Positions 37,999-47,375 of a stretch of DNA of 64,000 bases are shown one piece after another; the first letter of the stretch is position 1, and each line of letters begins with the position of its first letter. The notes beneath the pieces are model-generated. The model worked only from the letters and a program-made list of their open reading frames with translations, was not told where the DNA came from and searched no databases. A program made the position numbers and the translations under genes. The stretch is from a virus. The stretch lies in IMG/VR virus record IMGVR_UViG_3300050821_003228, positions 1-64,000 of that record. The stretch is one strand, 5' to 3'.

Positions 37999-40521
37999 AT
38001 GGCAGATACACTAAACAACTTTAGCGGGCCAATGATGGGCGATTTTCAGCCAGCTACACTAGATAATGCCCCGTTAAATGATAGAACTGCGCCAATAACA
38101 CAACAACCAGTTCCGCCTGTACCAAGTACAAATAATATTCCGGCTGTATCGCCTAAAACGGCGAATACTCCACAGCCGCCCCCTGTACATCCGGCTGTCC
38201 AAAAAGCTAGTATGGGCGCGAACATTGTGAAGGGCATTGCTGATGTATTATCTCCTCCACAATATAAGACTGAAATAAATCCTGACGGTTCTACGAAACA
38301 AACGCCAATTCCGCGCACTCGTAAAGATGTTGGTATGTCTATTGCGTTAGCTGCATTATCAGGTGCATTTTCTGGATTAGGTCAAGTCGGCCCCGGTCAT
38401 CTCGGTCGTGCTGCCGCTGCTGGATTTAATACTACGATGCAACAGAGGCAACAGGCTGATCAACAACAGAGTCAACAGGCACAGGCCGATTTTGCTCGTA
38501 AACAGGCTACAGTTTCATTTAATATGCAACAAATGAATGCTGCATTAGACCTTGGCACTAAAGATAAGTCGTATCATGAAGATTATGTTCAAAGTTATGA
38601 TCATCTTGTAAAACAATGGTCTGAATTGCCGAATGTTGCAGATATAATTAAATTTGGAAGTCCTGATGCACCATTATCTGAGGATGAAGCCGAAGATATT
38701 AAAAAGCATTCAGTTTTTGAATTGATGCGCGTTCCTGTTAGTACTTATGAACGCCGTGACCCTAAAACTGGTAAACAAGTTTGGGTTAATAATAAGGGGG
38801 AAGTAGTTCCAGAGGGTAGTTATTCTGCTCATCCTGCTTGGGATAACGGTTACATTCTTGTTGATAAAAATGCGCCAGCAAAATTGAGTGATGAAAATGG
38901 TCCTACCCAAACGGTGAAAGATTTAGTTGCTAAATATGATGGTATAATTCCGGGTGTTAATAAATCGTTATTAGCCGGTAAGGGGGTTCAAGAACCAATA
39001 CCTGCCACATCATACGGACAAATGTTGTTTAAGGCCAACACTATTAAGTCAGCGCAAGATACGGTTAATAATTTTGTTAATACATTGAATGAAGGGGAAT
39101 CTGAGAAAAATCAGATAAAACCCGTCGATTTGGTCGATGCTATTAAAAATAATAAGATTACGTTGAATGATCTTGATTTATTTCAACGAGCAATTGGCAA
39201 GTCTTCACAGGCGAATGCTACATCATTACAGACAAAACTTGATGCTGTATCAGCAAAAAATCAGGCAGCGGGAGCTAGATTAGTTGGTTTTTTTGATTCA
39301 TTAACTCCTACAGGGGAAGGATTAAAAACTTTTGATCAGAAAATTCAGGCCCAAGGTAAAGCATATGTTGCAAAGTTAGAACAAGAATCTAAAGCAATGA
39401 CTCCTGATGAAGCCGAATCTATTCAGGCGAAAGCTGTCGCAGGTCAACATGTTGATCCTCACGATTTAGCTGTTGCAAACGAGTTTACTAGAATTCATAC
39501 AGCAAATATTGTTAATAAAGATAAACAAGTTGAACAGGGTAAACAAGATTTAGCTGATCAACAAAATCGAAAAGTTCTTGCATATACTGAAACTCCTCCG
39601 GGCTGGGGTTTACAACAAGCACAAACTGCCGCTAGTATGCGTGATCCTTTTGCAATTGAAGAATATTTAAAGAAGAATAATGTGCCGAATGTGCCTTATC
39701 TTCATGATTTAATTTCAATTTCACAGTACCGAGATTCATTAGATGAATTTACAAAGAGATTGACGAAAGGTACCGGACAGATGGATGAAGCTACTGCCGC
39801 AACATTCATTAATAAGTTTTTGAATCCGGGGTTCACGAAAGAAAAGTTTAGAGAAGGTAGTGCATGGTTTCAAGAACTTGGTCAAACGAAACCGGGAACT
39901 GCTGGCGGTACGATTATGGCTGCTGGAACAGCGGCAAGACATCTTGACCATTATGGGCCGTTGTTAGAGGCGGTTAATAATGGCGATGTTCAATTATATA
40001 ATAAGTTACTTACTAATTTAGCTCAACAAACAGGTAGTACACCAATTGTACAGGCGCAGATTGTGGCTAACGCTCTATCTGCTGAAACTGAAAAGGTTAT
40101 TACCGGATCAACACCTCTTGAATCAAGAATGAAGGATGCTTCACAAGGATTAAATCCGAAAGCACTTAGTAAGGATCAAGGGTTCGGGGCTATCAAAACT
40201 CTTTCAGGATTGATGAATGATCGTTTGAATGAGTTGAATGATAAGAATATGGCTCTTTATGGAACGCCATTGAATTTGATTAGCCCACATACAACTCAAT
40301 TTATGAAGAAACTCGGATTTGAGACTTCATGGGATCAAAAGAGCGAACAACAGAGACAACAAGAAACTAATCAACAGAAGCAGCAGAAGCTTCAAGCTAT
40401 TACACTTCCGGGCGGTGGTCATCCGGTTGATATAAAGTATAAAGGTAATACCACGATTGTTTCAGATGGTCATCAATGGATAGATTTAGCAACTGGTAAA
40501 CCTTACGTTGCTCAGAAATAG
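37999..40521 (+). CDS. probable internal virion/ejection protein
   Basis: Size, composition, synteny. Confidence 0.55.
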   Translation: MADTLNNFSGPMMGDFQPATLDNAPLNDRTAPITQQPVPPVPSTNNIPAVSPKTANTPQPPPVHPAVQKASMGANIVKGIADVLSPPQYKTEINPDGSTKQTPIPRTRKDVGMSIALAALSGAFSGLGQVGPGHLGRAAAAGFNTTMQQRQQADQQQSQQAQADFARKQATVSFNMQQMNAALDLGTKDKSYHEDYVQSYDHLVKQWSELPNVADIIKFGSPDAPLSEDEAEDIKKHSVFELMRVPVSTYERRDPKTGKQVWVNNKGEVVPEGSYSAHPAWDNGYILVDKNAPAKLSDENGPTQTVKDLVAKYDGIIPGVNKSLLAGKGVQEPIPATSYGQMLFKANTIKSAQDTVNNFVNTLNEGESEKNQIKPVDLVDAIKNNKITLNDLDLFQRAIGKSSQANATSLQTKLDAVSAKNQAAGARLVGFFDSLTPTGEGLKTFDQKIQAQGKAYVAKLEQESKAMTPDEAESIQAKAVAGQHVDPHDLAVANEFTRIHTANIVNKDKQVEQGKQDLADQQNRKVLAYTETPPGWGLQQAQTAASMRDPFAIEEYLKKNNVPNVPYLHDLISISQYRDSLDEFTKRLTKGTGQMDEATAATFINKFLNPGFTKEKFREGSAWFQELGQTKPGTAGGTIMAAGTAARHLDHYGPLLEAVNNGDVQLYNKLLTNLAQQTGSTPIVQAQIVANALSAETEKVITGSTPLESRMKDASQGLNPKALSKDQGFGAIKTLSGLMNDRLNELNDKNMALYGTPLNLISPHTTQFMKKLGFETSWDQKSEQQRQQETNQQKQQKLQAITLPGGGHPVDIKYKGNTTIVSDGHQWIDLATGKPYVAQK

Positions 40522-40527
40522 GAAAAT

Positions 40528-42330
40528 ATGGAACCAGATGTAACAATCCCTCAACCTGTGAGCAGCGGGGCTGTTGATCACCCAGAAGCAGCACAATCTG
40601 GCGTCCCTCAATCGCCCGCTGTACCAGAAGGTTTTGGGGATACTCAGGGACCGCCCCCACCGGCAGGATTTACTGATACTCCTCCTGAACAGGGTAATAC
40701 CGAAAAACCGGGTTTTTTTTCAACTCTTGGTTCTGATGTTTTAAACGCGGGTAAAGGATTGCGCGATTTAAGCTATAATACAGCTAATTTTTTAACATCT
40801 ACGCCTAATAAAGAAGGTCTTGAACAAGGTAGACAAATACAAGAAGAACATAAACATAAAGTTTATACTCAAATAAAAGATGATCTGCACAACGGCAATT
40901 ATGTTCAAGCTTTTAGTCATTTTGGCGATTTGTTTGATCCTCACTACGATGATCCTAATGATCCTATTTCAAGAGTTATACAGGCTCAATGGGATTCTAG
41001 TAAACTTGCCAAAGAGCGTATGATGGAGGCAGCTAAGAACAAAGATTACGCTTCTGTTGTTCAACATGCAGCAGGAATTCTTCCTGTAGCTAGTCAAGTT
41101 GATTCAGCAATGGAAACGTATAGAAAAGACCCTACGCGAGAGAATTTGGCCCATGTTATTTCATCAGCTATTCCCGCATTTGTTCCTTCTTTAATGAAAG
41201 GGGCAAAATACGTGATGGAAGGGGCCAGCGAGACTTTAGAGGCGGCAAAGGCCACAGGTAAGGCCACTACTGAAGTTCCTAAACCTAATTTAGTGCGCCC
41301 ATCAACAGTTAAAATAGCTGGAGAAGATGTGCCAGTAAGTACGCCGCAATTAAGTACACAATCAAAACTATCAAAAGCCGTTTCATCTGTTGCTACTGAA
41401 GAGGGGGCGCAAGGATTTATTGATAGAGAAGTTCAGCCTGCGGCTATTAATGCTACAGGTAATACGTTTCGTGATGTTGCTCAAAAAGCTGTTTCTGATT
41501 TACGAGATCTAAGCGGAGAATCCGGTTCTATCCCTCGTATGGAAACTATTGATGAAATGGCTAAAGCAATGGAAGCTGAGGCAAAAAAGACCTATTCTCG
41601 ACTTGATGATGCAGGCCAAAGTGATATAGAGGCTGTTGTTAAGCGTAACAAAGAGGGGGCAGCAGCAGCAAGAGCGGCGGGCAGAGATTTTACGCCACAA
41701 GAATTGCCGAAATCTTTTACCGAATTGCAAGAAGGTATTAATGATGCTAAAGCTACATTGAAATCTCGTACCGCGAGTACAGTCGATAAAGAGCTTGCAA
41801 AAAGTAGTTTAAAAGATTATAACAGTCAAATGGGCGAGTTTTTAACTAAACACGGCGATTCTGTAAATTATGGCGAATTGGACGCAGCTAACGGAATTTA
41901 CCAAAGAGCGCAACGTTTTAAATACATCGCAAAAAATATACGCTCTGCTGTAAAAGGGGTTGAAGAAAGTGATTCTGAATTAAATTCGGTTCCTAGTTCA
42001 ATTAATAAAGATGCTCTTGCCAGCTTACCTGCTAAATTTGATAATCGTTTTGGTGAAGGTGCATTTGAAAAAACCCTTGGTAATGAAGGTTTAAAGAATT
42101 TTAATGATATAATAAAAGTTCTACAGAACCCGTTTTCTAAAGCAGGAAATGAAGGGCTAATTAGTACAACAGCTAAGGCCGGGGCAAAAGCAAGTGATTT
42201 TATTACCTCTGTTGCAAAACTTATAGGTAAACCTGTTTCGTGGACAGCCGATAAATTGTTATTTGATCCTGAATTTGGGCAAAGCATGTTAAAACGTTTC
42301 GGCCAGTTAAACAGGCAACTAAAGCGTTAG
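40528..42330 (+). CDS. probable internal virion/ejection protein
   Basis: Helical Ala-rich, synteny. Confidence 0.55.
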   Translation: MEPDVTIPQPVSSGAVDHPEAAQSGVPQSPAVPEGFGDTQGPPPPAGFTDTPPEQGNTEKPGFFSTLGSDVLNAGKGLRDLSYNTANFLTSTPNKEGLEQGRQIQEEHKHKVYTQIKDDLHNGNYVQAFSHFGDLFDPHYDDPNDPISRVIQAQWDSSKLAKERMMEAAKNKDYASVVQHAAGILPVASQVDSAMETYRKDPTRENLAHVISSAIPAFVPSLMKGAKYVMEGASETLEAAKATGKATTEVPKPNLVRPSTVKIAGEDVPVSTPQLSTQSKLSKAVSSVATEEGAQGFIDREVQPAAINATGNTFRDVAQKAVSDLRDLSGESGSIPRMETIDEMAKAMEAEAKKTYSRLDDAGQSDIEAVVKRNKEGAAAARAAGRDFTPQELPKSFTELQEGINDAKATLKSRTASTVDKELAKSSLKDYNSQMGEFLTKHGDSVNYGELDAANGIYQRAQRFKYIAKNIRSAVKGVEESDSELNSVPSSINKDALASLPAKFDNRFGEGAFEKTLGNEGLKNFNDIIKVLQNPFSKAGNEGLISTTAKAGAKASDFITSVAKLIGKPVSWTADKLLFDPEFGQSMLKRFGQLNRQLKR

Positions 42331-42383
42331 CCGTTGATGAGACGGCCCGATCGGAGGGATTTATACTTCGTCAAGATGATTTT

Positions 42384-42767
42384 GTGAAGGCCCATTTAGT
42401 TACAGTGGGCTATAATTGCGGGAAAGAATACGGTGCCCATCTAGCAGCATGCATGATTATGTCGTGTATAGCGAACCGCGTGAGGTTGGGGTGGGGCACT
42501 TGGCTAGATATAATTAATACATTACCGAAATACGCGGCTGAAGAAAATTTACCAACTGGAATACCTTCTCTTTGGGATGTTAATTTTATCAGGTTATTGA
42601 CCGAAGTTGAGGGTATCTACGATGGTTCTGCAAAGGATTTATCTTGTGGGGCATTATATTGGTGTGATTCGCGCCGGGTGACTAGGAAGTGGTTTCGTGA
42701 TGAAATCATTCGTTCACCGAATCACATAGTAACCGCAAACATGAACTCTCTCACTTGCTACCGCTAG
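42384..42767 (+). CDS. SleB/Hydrolase_2-like cell wall hydrolase (candidate endolysin)
   Basis: E..(n)..CIANRV..W..D...GALYW; start may be upstream (in-frame ATA 42363 after GGAGGG). Confidence 0.55.
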   Translation: MKAHLVTVGYNCGKEYGAHLAACMIMSCIANRVRLGWGTWLDIINTLPKYAAEENLPTGIPSLWDVNFIRLLTEVEGIYDGSAKDLSCGALYWCDSRRVTRKWFRDEIIRSPNHIVTANMNSLTCYR

Positions 42768-42773
42768 GAAACT

Positions 42774-43091
42774 ATGATACAAGGGCAAAATTTAGAGATT
42801 AGCCGACAGTTTTATACGGAATTTAAGTTTTGGGGGCCAGTGATCGGCGGTATCTGGTCTGTTTTTAAACTTGTAGATTGGTTTAAAGCTATTAAAACCG
42901 ATGATTTACAGCAAATTAAAGATGGTATTAAAAATTTTAATGTTCAACTTGATCAAGGTTTACAGAAGCAGACTGACACTATAGTTAATAGCATGACAGT
43001 AAACACGAATGAGTTGAAAGAATTGCGCGTTGATGTTAAAATGATGACATCAGCCGCGTTAACGAAAGCGGCCCGCGTTAGGAAGAAGTAG
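42774..43091 (+). CDS. membrane protein with coiled coil (holin-like)
   Basis: One TM then coiled coil, next to hydrolase. Confidence 0.4.
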   Translation: MIQGQNLEISRQFYTEFKFWGPVIGGIWSVFKLVDWFKAIKTDDLQQIKDGIKNFNVQLDQGLQKQTDTIVNSMTVNTNELKELRVDVKMMTSAALTKAARVRKK

Positions 43092-43127
43092 TTGACTTCT
43101 GGTGATAAATCGAGTATACTCATTAAT

Positions 43128-43901
43128 ATGGAGAAAAATAGTCTTGGTCCACGCATACTTGTGCTGGACATAGAAACGCTACCCAACCAAGCCTTTGTCT
43201 GGGGCACATATGATCAAAATGTTATTCGGTTCATTAAACAAAGTTGTATAGCAACATTTTCAGCAAAGTGGTTGGGCGATAAGAAAATGATTTCAAGGGC
43301 GTTGATAGATTATTCAGGGTATGTGCCCGGTTCTTATGATGACCAACATTTAGTTCGTGATTTGTGGGAATTAGTTGATCAAGCTGATATTATTATCGCG
43401 CATAATGGTAATGGGTTTGATTTCAAGGTTTGTAATGCGCGGTTCATATTTCACGATTTGAAGCCGCCTAGCCCGTTTAAGACGATTGATACGAAGAAAA
43501 TCTTTAAGGAAATCGCCCGTTTTAATACGAATAAATTAGACGATCTTTGCCAGCTTTTAGGAATTGGCGCGAAGATCAAGACTGATTTCGATCTATGGGA
43601 AGGATGTATTAATGGGGATAAAAAGTCTTGGAAGTTGATGGTTCAGTATAATGAGCGTGATGTAAAAATGCTTGAAGAATTGTATCTGAAAGCACTTCCG
43701 TGGGTGAAAGATCATCCAAATTTGACTTTATGGACTCAAGGATTGTGTCCGAAGTGCGGCTCACATCAAGTTCAATATCGCGGGTATCAAGTAACAACTA
43801 CAAGGCTTTATCGAAGATTCCAGTGTGTAAATTGCGGCGGTTGGGGTAGAGTAGTAAAGTGTGAAAAAGATGTAAAAGCATTGACAACTAATGCAGTTTA
43901 G
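43128..43901 (+). CDS. DEDD/RNase_H_2 (YprB-like) exonuclease with Zn ribbon
   Basis: LDIET, AHNG..FD, IDT, YN..DV, CPKC..CVNC. Confidence 0.85.
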   Translation: MEKNSLGPRILVLDIETLPNQAFVWGTYDQNVIRFIKQSCIATFSAKWLGDKKMISRALIDYSGYVPGSYDDQHLVRDLWELVDQADIIIAHNGNGFDFKVCNARFIFHDLKPPSPFKTIDTKKIFKEIARFNTNKLDDLCQLLGIGAKIKTDFDLWEGCINGDKKSWKLMVQYNERDVKMLEELYLKALPWVKDHPNLTLWTQGLCPKCGSHQVQYRGYQVTTTRLYRRFQCVNCGGWGRVVKCEKDVKALTTNAV

Positions 43902-44038
43902 GCTATAATTAATTATGTCAGATTTTACTGCTGCATTAATTGGGGTTGTATTAGCTTTTGTATTGATATATATTTATCAAGAAATAGCTTTTAAATCGGG
44001 CGATAAAAAGATTAAATAAAAAGATTATTGGAGGATAA

Positions 44039-44431
44039 ATGTTAGCTAGAGAAGTAGTTTATGGTGGATTAACTCGGGAAGATAATTATGCTCAAGGGTG
44101 GTCAAAAGGAAAAAAGAGTTTAGACAATCTTGTACCAGATCATATGGTGTCTAGACGTACCGGACATGCTTTTACAGAAATGGATTGGATTGTATTTGCG
44201 GAAAAGTATCTAAATGAAGCAAAAAGGGCGTATTCAGATTTTTGTCCCGATATTCGTACAGTTCATGTCCGTATGTTGAAGGCGGCATCACTTTTAGTTT
44301 CTGGTTTACAGTGTAATGCTGAGGAAGTGGAGAGTATTAGTGGTATTTCTAGTAATAAATTTCCCTTACGGCAAGATGGTGGTGGGTTACAATCTTTTTT
44401 AAAATCTGATATAAAGCAGGACGGTGTTTAA
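44039..44431 (+). CDS. hypothetical protein, possibly all-alpha NTP pyrophosphatase fold
   Basis: E..Y..W..W.....YL.EA..LK.A.L pattern. Confidence 0.45.
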   Translation: MLAREVVYGGLTREDNYAQGWSKGKKSLDNLVPDHMVSRRTGHAFTEMDWIVFAEKYLNEAKRAYSDFCPDIRTVHVRMLKAASLLVSGLQCNAEEVESISGISSNKFPLRQDGGGLQSFLKSDIKQDGV

Positions 44432-44880
44432 TGTCTGCTTATAGACGAAAAGTAAAGTTAAATATTCCCGCTTTGAAGGCAAGTATTTCTGTATTAGATA
44501 AACACGTTAATGGTAAAGAAGTTGATCCAAAAGGACTTGATCCTAAGACACAAGGGGCAAAATTGGATTTAGGAAAGCCGCCCGTTTTTCAAGGCGTGTT
44601 AAGTTATTTTCCTAAGGCATTGAATGCGGTATCTCTCGTTTCTTTAGCGGGCGCTAAGAAGTATCATTGGAAGGGATGGGAGAAGGTAGAAGACGGGTTT
44701 AACCGCTACAGTGATGCGCTTGGTCGCCATCTGCTGAAAGAATCGTATGAATTATATGATGATGTAGACGATAATGGTAATGAAGGAACGCATTTGCTTC
44801 ACGCAGCGCAAGTTGCGTGGAACTCACTCAGTCGGTTAGAATTTCTATTACGCGAACACAAAGTCAGCAGTCAAGGATAA
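44431..44880 (+). CDS. DUF5664 dATP/dGTP diphosphohydrolase
   Basis: GAKLD.GK, GAKKY..W, Y.DA..RH, H.AQVAWN. Confidence 0.85.
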   Translation: MSAYRRKVKLNIPALKASISVLDKHVNGKEVDPKGLDPKTQGAKLDLGKPPVFQGVLSYFPKALNAVSLVSLAGAKKYHWKGWEKVEDGFNRYSDALGRHLLKESYELYDDVDDNGNEGTHLLHAAQVAWNSLSRLEFLLREHKVSSQG

Positions 44881-44882
44881 AA

Positions 44883-45122
44883 ATGTGGCGTTCATTTAAG
44901 GTGTTTACTGTAGGCATTTCTTGGTTATTGGCGATGTTGTTTTTCGTCATTTCCCTTTACCTTGGTACACACGGCTTTCTCTTTGCTGGTGGATTGATTT
45001 TATTCTTTGGTGTTGGATTGTGGTGTTTTTCTCGGGCACTTGAACAGGATTTAGTTAGAGAATCGGGCGATAAAGATGATGATGATCAAAATCCTACTAC
45101 AACGATATATAAATTCGCTTGA
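44883..45122 (+). CDS. small membrane protein
   Basis: Two TM segments. Confidence 0.55.
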   Translation: MWRSFKVFTVGISWLLAMLFFVISLYLGTHGFLFAGGLILFFGVGLWCFSRALEQDLVRESGDKDDDDQNPTTTIYKFA

Positions 45123-45147
45123 CAATCGGGCGGTAATGGGGTATAAT
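45119..45147 (+). promoter_or_regulatory. sigma70-type promoter for tRNA array
   Basis: TTGACA-17-TATAAT. Confidence 0.8.
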
Positions 45148-45184
45148 TAATTATGATAGGTACAGAGTGGTTGTAGGTTTATGT

Positions 45185-45261
45185 TGTTTTGTCGTATAAT
45201 TTGATAGTATGTCGCTCTGTTAAAGCGAAAGGTGCAGGTTTGAATCCTACCGAAACAGCCA
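45185..45261 (+). tRNA. tRNA-Asn(GTT)
   Basis: TCGCT-CTGTTAA-AGCGA, G73, CCA. Confidence 0.85.
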
Positions 45262-45285
45262 AGTTGTTGATTGTAAAATATTTAC

Positions 45286-45368
45286 GGGCCGGACACCGAA
45301 CGGTTTTGGTAGCAATCTGTTAAATTGCCGCGTAAGCATAGTTGGTTCGACCCCAACCCGGTTCGCCA
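45286..45368 (+). tRNA. tRNA with GTT anticodon and long variable arm
   Basis: GCAAT-CTGTTAA-ATTGC, 12-nt V region, G73, CCA. Confidence 0.8.
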
Positions 45369-45512
45369 TTTTAGTTAGTGTCTTTATCTTAAACAGTAAT
45401 GTTTACTCCGAATTTAAAAGCGTGTTAATCGGGCCTTAACCCGAATGATTGTTAAGGTGGTCGGGAGGCTTTTCACTACACCGATGCTCTGAGAAAGCGT
45501 CAGTGAAAGCAA

Positions 45513-45854
45513 TTGCCATACAAAGATGAAGGGTTACAAAAACTTGCTCAACATGAGCATTATTTAAGAAATAAAAAGTATTTTAAAGAAAGAACAAGAT
45601 TAAGACGAAAACAGCAAAGAGCATGGTTTCAGGAATTAAAATCAAAATTGGTTTGTAGTAATTGTCCTGAACCTGATTCAATATGCCTAGATTTTCATCA
45701 TCTTGATCCTAAAGATAAGAGCGATACTGTTTCAAAATTGGCAGCAGAATTACGAAATAAAGAAATAATTTTAAAAGAAATTGCTAAATGTATTGTTCTA
45801 TGCTCTAATTGTCATAGAAAATTACATAGAGATGAATATCAGCCTGTTGGGTAA
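45513..45854 (+). CDS. HNH endonuclease
   Basis: CSNC..LDFHH..K..E..KC.VLCSNCHR..H. Confidence 0.88.
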   Translation: MPYKDEGLQKLAQHEHYLRNKKYFKERTRLRRKQQRAWFQELKSKLVCSNCPEPDSICLDFHHLDPKDKSDTVSKLAAELRNKEIILKEIAKCIVLCSNCHRKLHRDEYQPVG

Positions 45855-45914
45855 TGGTAACCCCCAATCCTCGGACGATTGTATATGCAGATTCGACTTC
45901 TGTCAGGCTGACCA
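45840..45914 (+). tRNA. tRNA-Pro(CGG)
   Basis: CAATC-CTCGGAC-GATTG, C1-G72, CCA. Confidence 0.85.
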
Positions 45915-45915
45915 T

Positions 45916-46002
45916 ACGGGTGTAAAACGGTAGTTGGGAGCCGTCTCGCTTTGGAAGCGAGAGATAAGATCACTAGAGGTCCGAATCCTCTCACCCGTAC
46001 CA
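45916..46002 (+). tRNA. atypical tRNA-Pro(TGG)
   Basis: CTCGC-TTTGGAA-GCGAG, extended V region, A1-U72, CCA. Confidence 0.75.
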
Positions 46003-46058
46003 TTTTCATAATGATCCTTGAATTGACAAGGTTCTACCGGTTATGATAAACTGGCATT

Positions 46059-46211
46059 ATGTTTGATAAAAGTATACAAACTGAATTAGAAGATTTGTGG
46101 AAGAAATTGAATCCATATCCAGAAGGAAGTTACAAATGGTATGGATGGAGTTTAGAAGTAGATTGCGAGAATTATCAATTTGATAACACGGACAGTGAGC
46201 TAGTTAGGTAA
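46059..46211 (+). CDS. 50-aa hypothetical protein
   Basis: Follows TTGACA-18-TAAACT promoter; stop lies within tRNA-Phe. Confidence 0.5.
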   Translation: MFDKSIQTELEDLWKKLNPYPEGSYKWYGWSLEVDCENYQFDNTDSELVR

Positions 46212-46265
46212 TAGCGTTCGGTTGAAGCCCGAAAGAACGGGGATCGTTACCTCGACTGTCCACCA
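46190..46265 (+). tRNA. tRNA-Phe(GAA)
   Basis: TTCGG-TTGAAGC-CCGAA, CCA. Confidence 0.85.
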
Positions 46266-46283
46266 TGTTTAAAAGGAAAAAAA

Positions 46284-46475
46284 TTGCTACAAATTTTAAT
46301 AGTTTTAATTGTTGTAGGCGTTTTGTTGTGGTTAGTTAATACATACATCCCGATGGATGGTAAGATTAAGACGATTTTAAATGTTGTAGTAGTCATCTGT
46401 GTTGTTCTTTGGTTATTGAACGTTTTCGGTGTGCTCGGAATGGATGTGCCCGTTCCGCGTGTTCATCGTTATTAA
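46284..46475 (+). CDS. Thivi_2564-like small membrane protein
   Basis: LIVVGVLLWLVNTYIPMD.KIKTILNVVVVI. Confidence 0.75.
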   Translation: MLQILIVLIVVGVLLWLVNTYIPMDGKIKTILNVVVVICVVLWLLNVFGVLGMDVPVPRVHRY

Positions 46476-46477
46476 GG

Positions 46478-46680
46478 TTTTGATGGGAAGTTGGCTTAGA
46501 AGCAGCCATCTTTTAAAGAGTAGCACTGAACGTGGAACCACTTAAAAAATAGGGCACTCAATTTTAAAACCTATTTGATCCTATACAGGCGGTATAGGTT
46601 GAGGACAGTCCCGTATTGAGCGTTTCTCAGGACGGCCATTTGGCCGATAACACTTTTGGCGTAATAGCACACCATCAAAA
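46478..46680 (+). ncRNA. 23S rRNA H43/H44 (L11-binding, GTPase-associated centre)-like RNA with ~137-nt insertion
   Basis: GTTGGCTTAGAAGCAGCCATC.TTTAAAGA and GCGTAATAGC blocks closed by TTTTGATGG/CCATCAAAA. Confidence 0.85.
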
Positions 46681-46687
46681 AGTTTAT

Positions 46688-46775
46688 GCATTGGTTGGGC
46701 TAATGGTAGCCTCGCGCTCTGTAAAAGCGCCTCTCTTAGCGAGAATAGTGAGTTCAATTCTCACCCAATGCACCA
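46688..46775 (+). tRNA. tRNA-Tyr(GTA)
   Basis: GCGCT-CTGTAAA-AGCGC, V-arm, CCA. Confidence 0.9.
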
Positions 46776-46790
46776 TTTTAGGAGGAATGA

Positions 46791-47105
46791 TTGAAAGTAA
46801 AATTTGAACCGGCACCTAATAAAGTCCTTGTACGTGTGGCCGATCCTGTAACTATTACGAAAAACGGAATACATGTTCCAGATTCGGCCCAGATGAGGCC
46901 AATGGAGGGCGTCATAGTTAAAATCGGGCCAAATAGTGATACAGTGGATAAACTGACTAAGGGTGTTGTTCATGTCGAACCTCTTTGGAAAGAGAAGGAT
47001 CACGTTCTATTCGGTAAGTATGACGGTATTGAAATCAGGATAGATGAAGAGGATTTCCTTCTTTTAAATCATGATCAGATTTTAGGTAAAAGGACAGGCA
47101 ATTAG
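46791..47105 (+). CDS. groES: co-chaperonin GroES
   Basis: P..NKVLV..T.NGI.VP..G.IV.IG..VLFGKY.G.E..ILG. Confidence 0.92.
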   Translation: MKVKFEPAPNKVLVRVADPVTITKNGIHVPDSAQMRPMEGVIVKIGPNSDTVDKLTKGVVHVEPLWKEKDHVLFGKYDGIEIRIDEEDFLLLNHDQILGKRTGN

Positions 47106-47169
47106 TTAATTGACATAACCTTCGGCCCTGAACCGAAAAAAGAACGTTTGATTCGTTCATTGCCTACCA
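47096..47169 (+). tRNA. tRNA-Gln(CTG), atypical (C33)
   Basis: AGGCAAT/ATTGCCT acceptor, TTCGG-CCCTGAA-CCGAA, CCA. Confidence 0.75.
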
Positions 47170-47170
47170 C

Positions 47171-47246
47171 GGTGCGGTAGTTTAACTGTTAAAATGCTTT
47201 CCTGTCACGAAAGACGATGCGGGTTAGAATCCCGTCGGCACCGCCA
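47171..47246 (+). tRNA. tRNA-Asp(GTC)
   Basis: CTTTC-CTGTCAC-GAAAG, G73, CCA. Confidence 0.88.
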
Positions 47247-47254
47247 TAATTTAG

Positions 47255-47283
47255 TTGACAAAATGGTTTAAAAATAGTAAGAT
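47255..47283 (+). promoter_or_regulatory. sigma70-type promoter for Y RNA/Ro60
   Basis: TTGACA-17-TAAGAT. Confidence 0.75.
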
Positions 47284-47289
47284 TGATCT

Positions 47290-47354
47290 TGACGTGGTGA
47301 AGAGTAGAGTTACTTCTCGATTAGAAAAAACACTCTACTCGTTTGTTCCCGTCA
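47290..47354 (+). ncRNA. Y-RNA-like 1 (minimal)
   Basis: TGGTGA..AGTTACTTC..TCGTTTGTTCC motifs shared with three paralogues; terminal stem. Confidence 0.7.
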
Positions 47355-47375
47355 TTTAATTTTCTCGGAGGAGAT

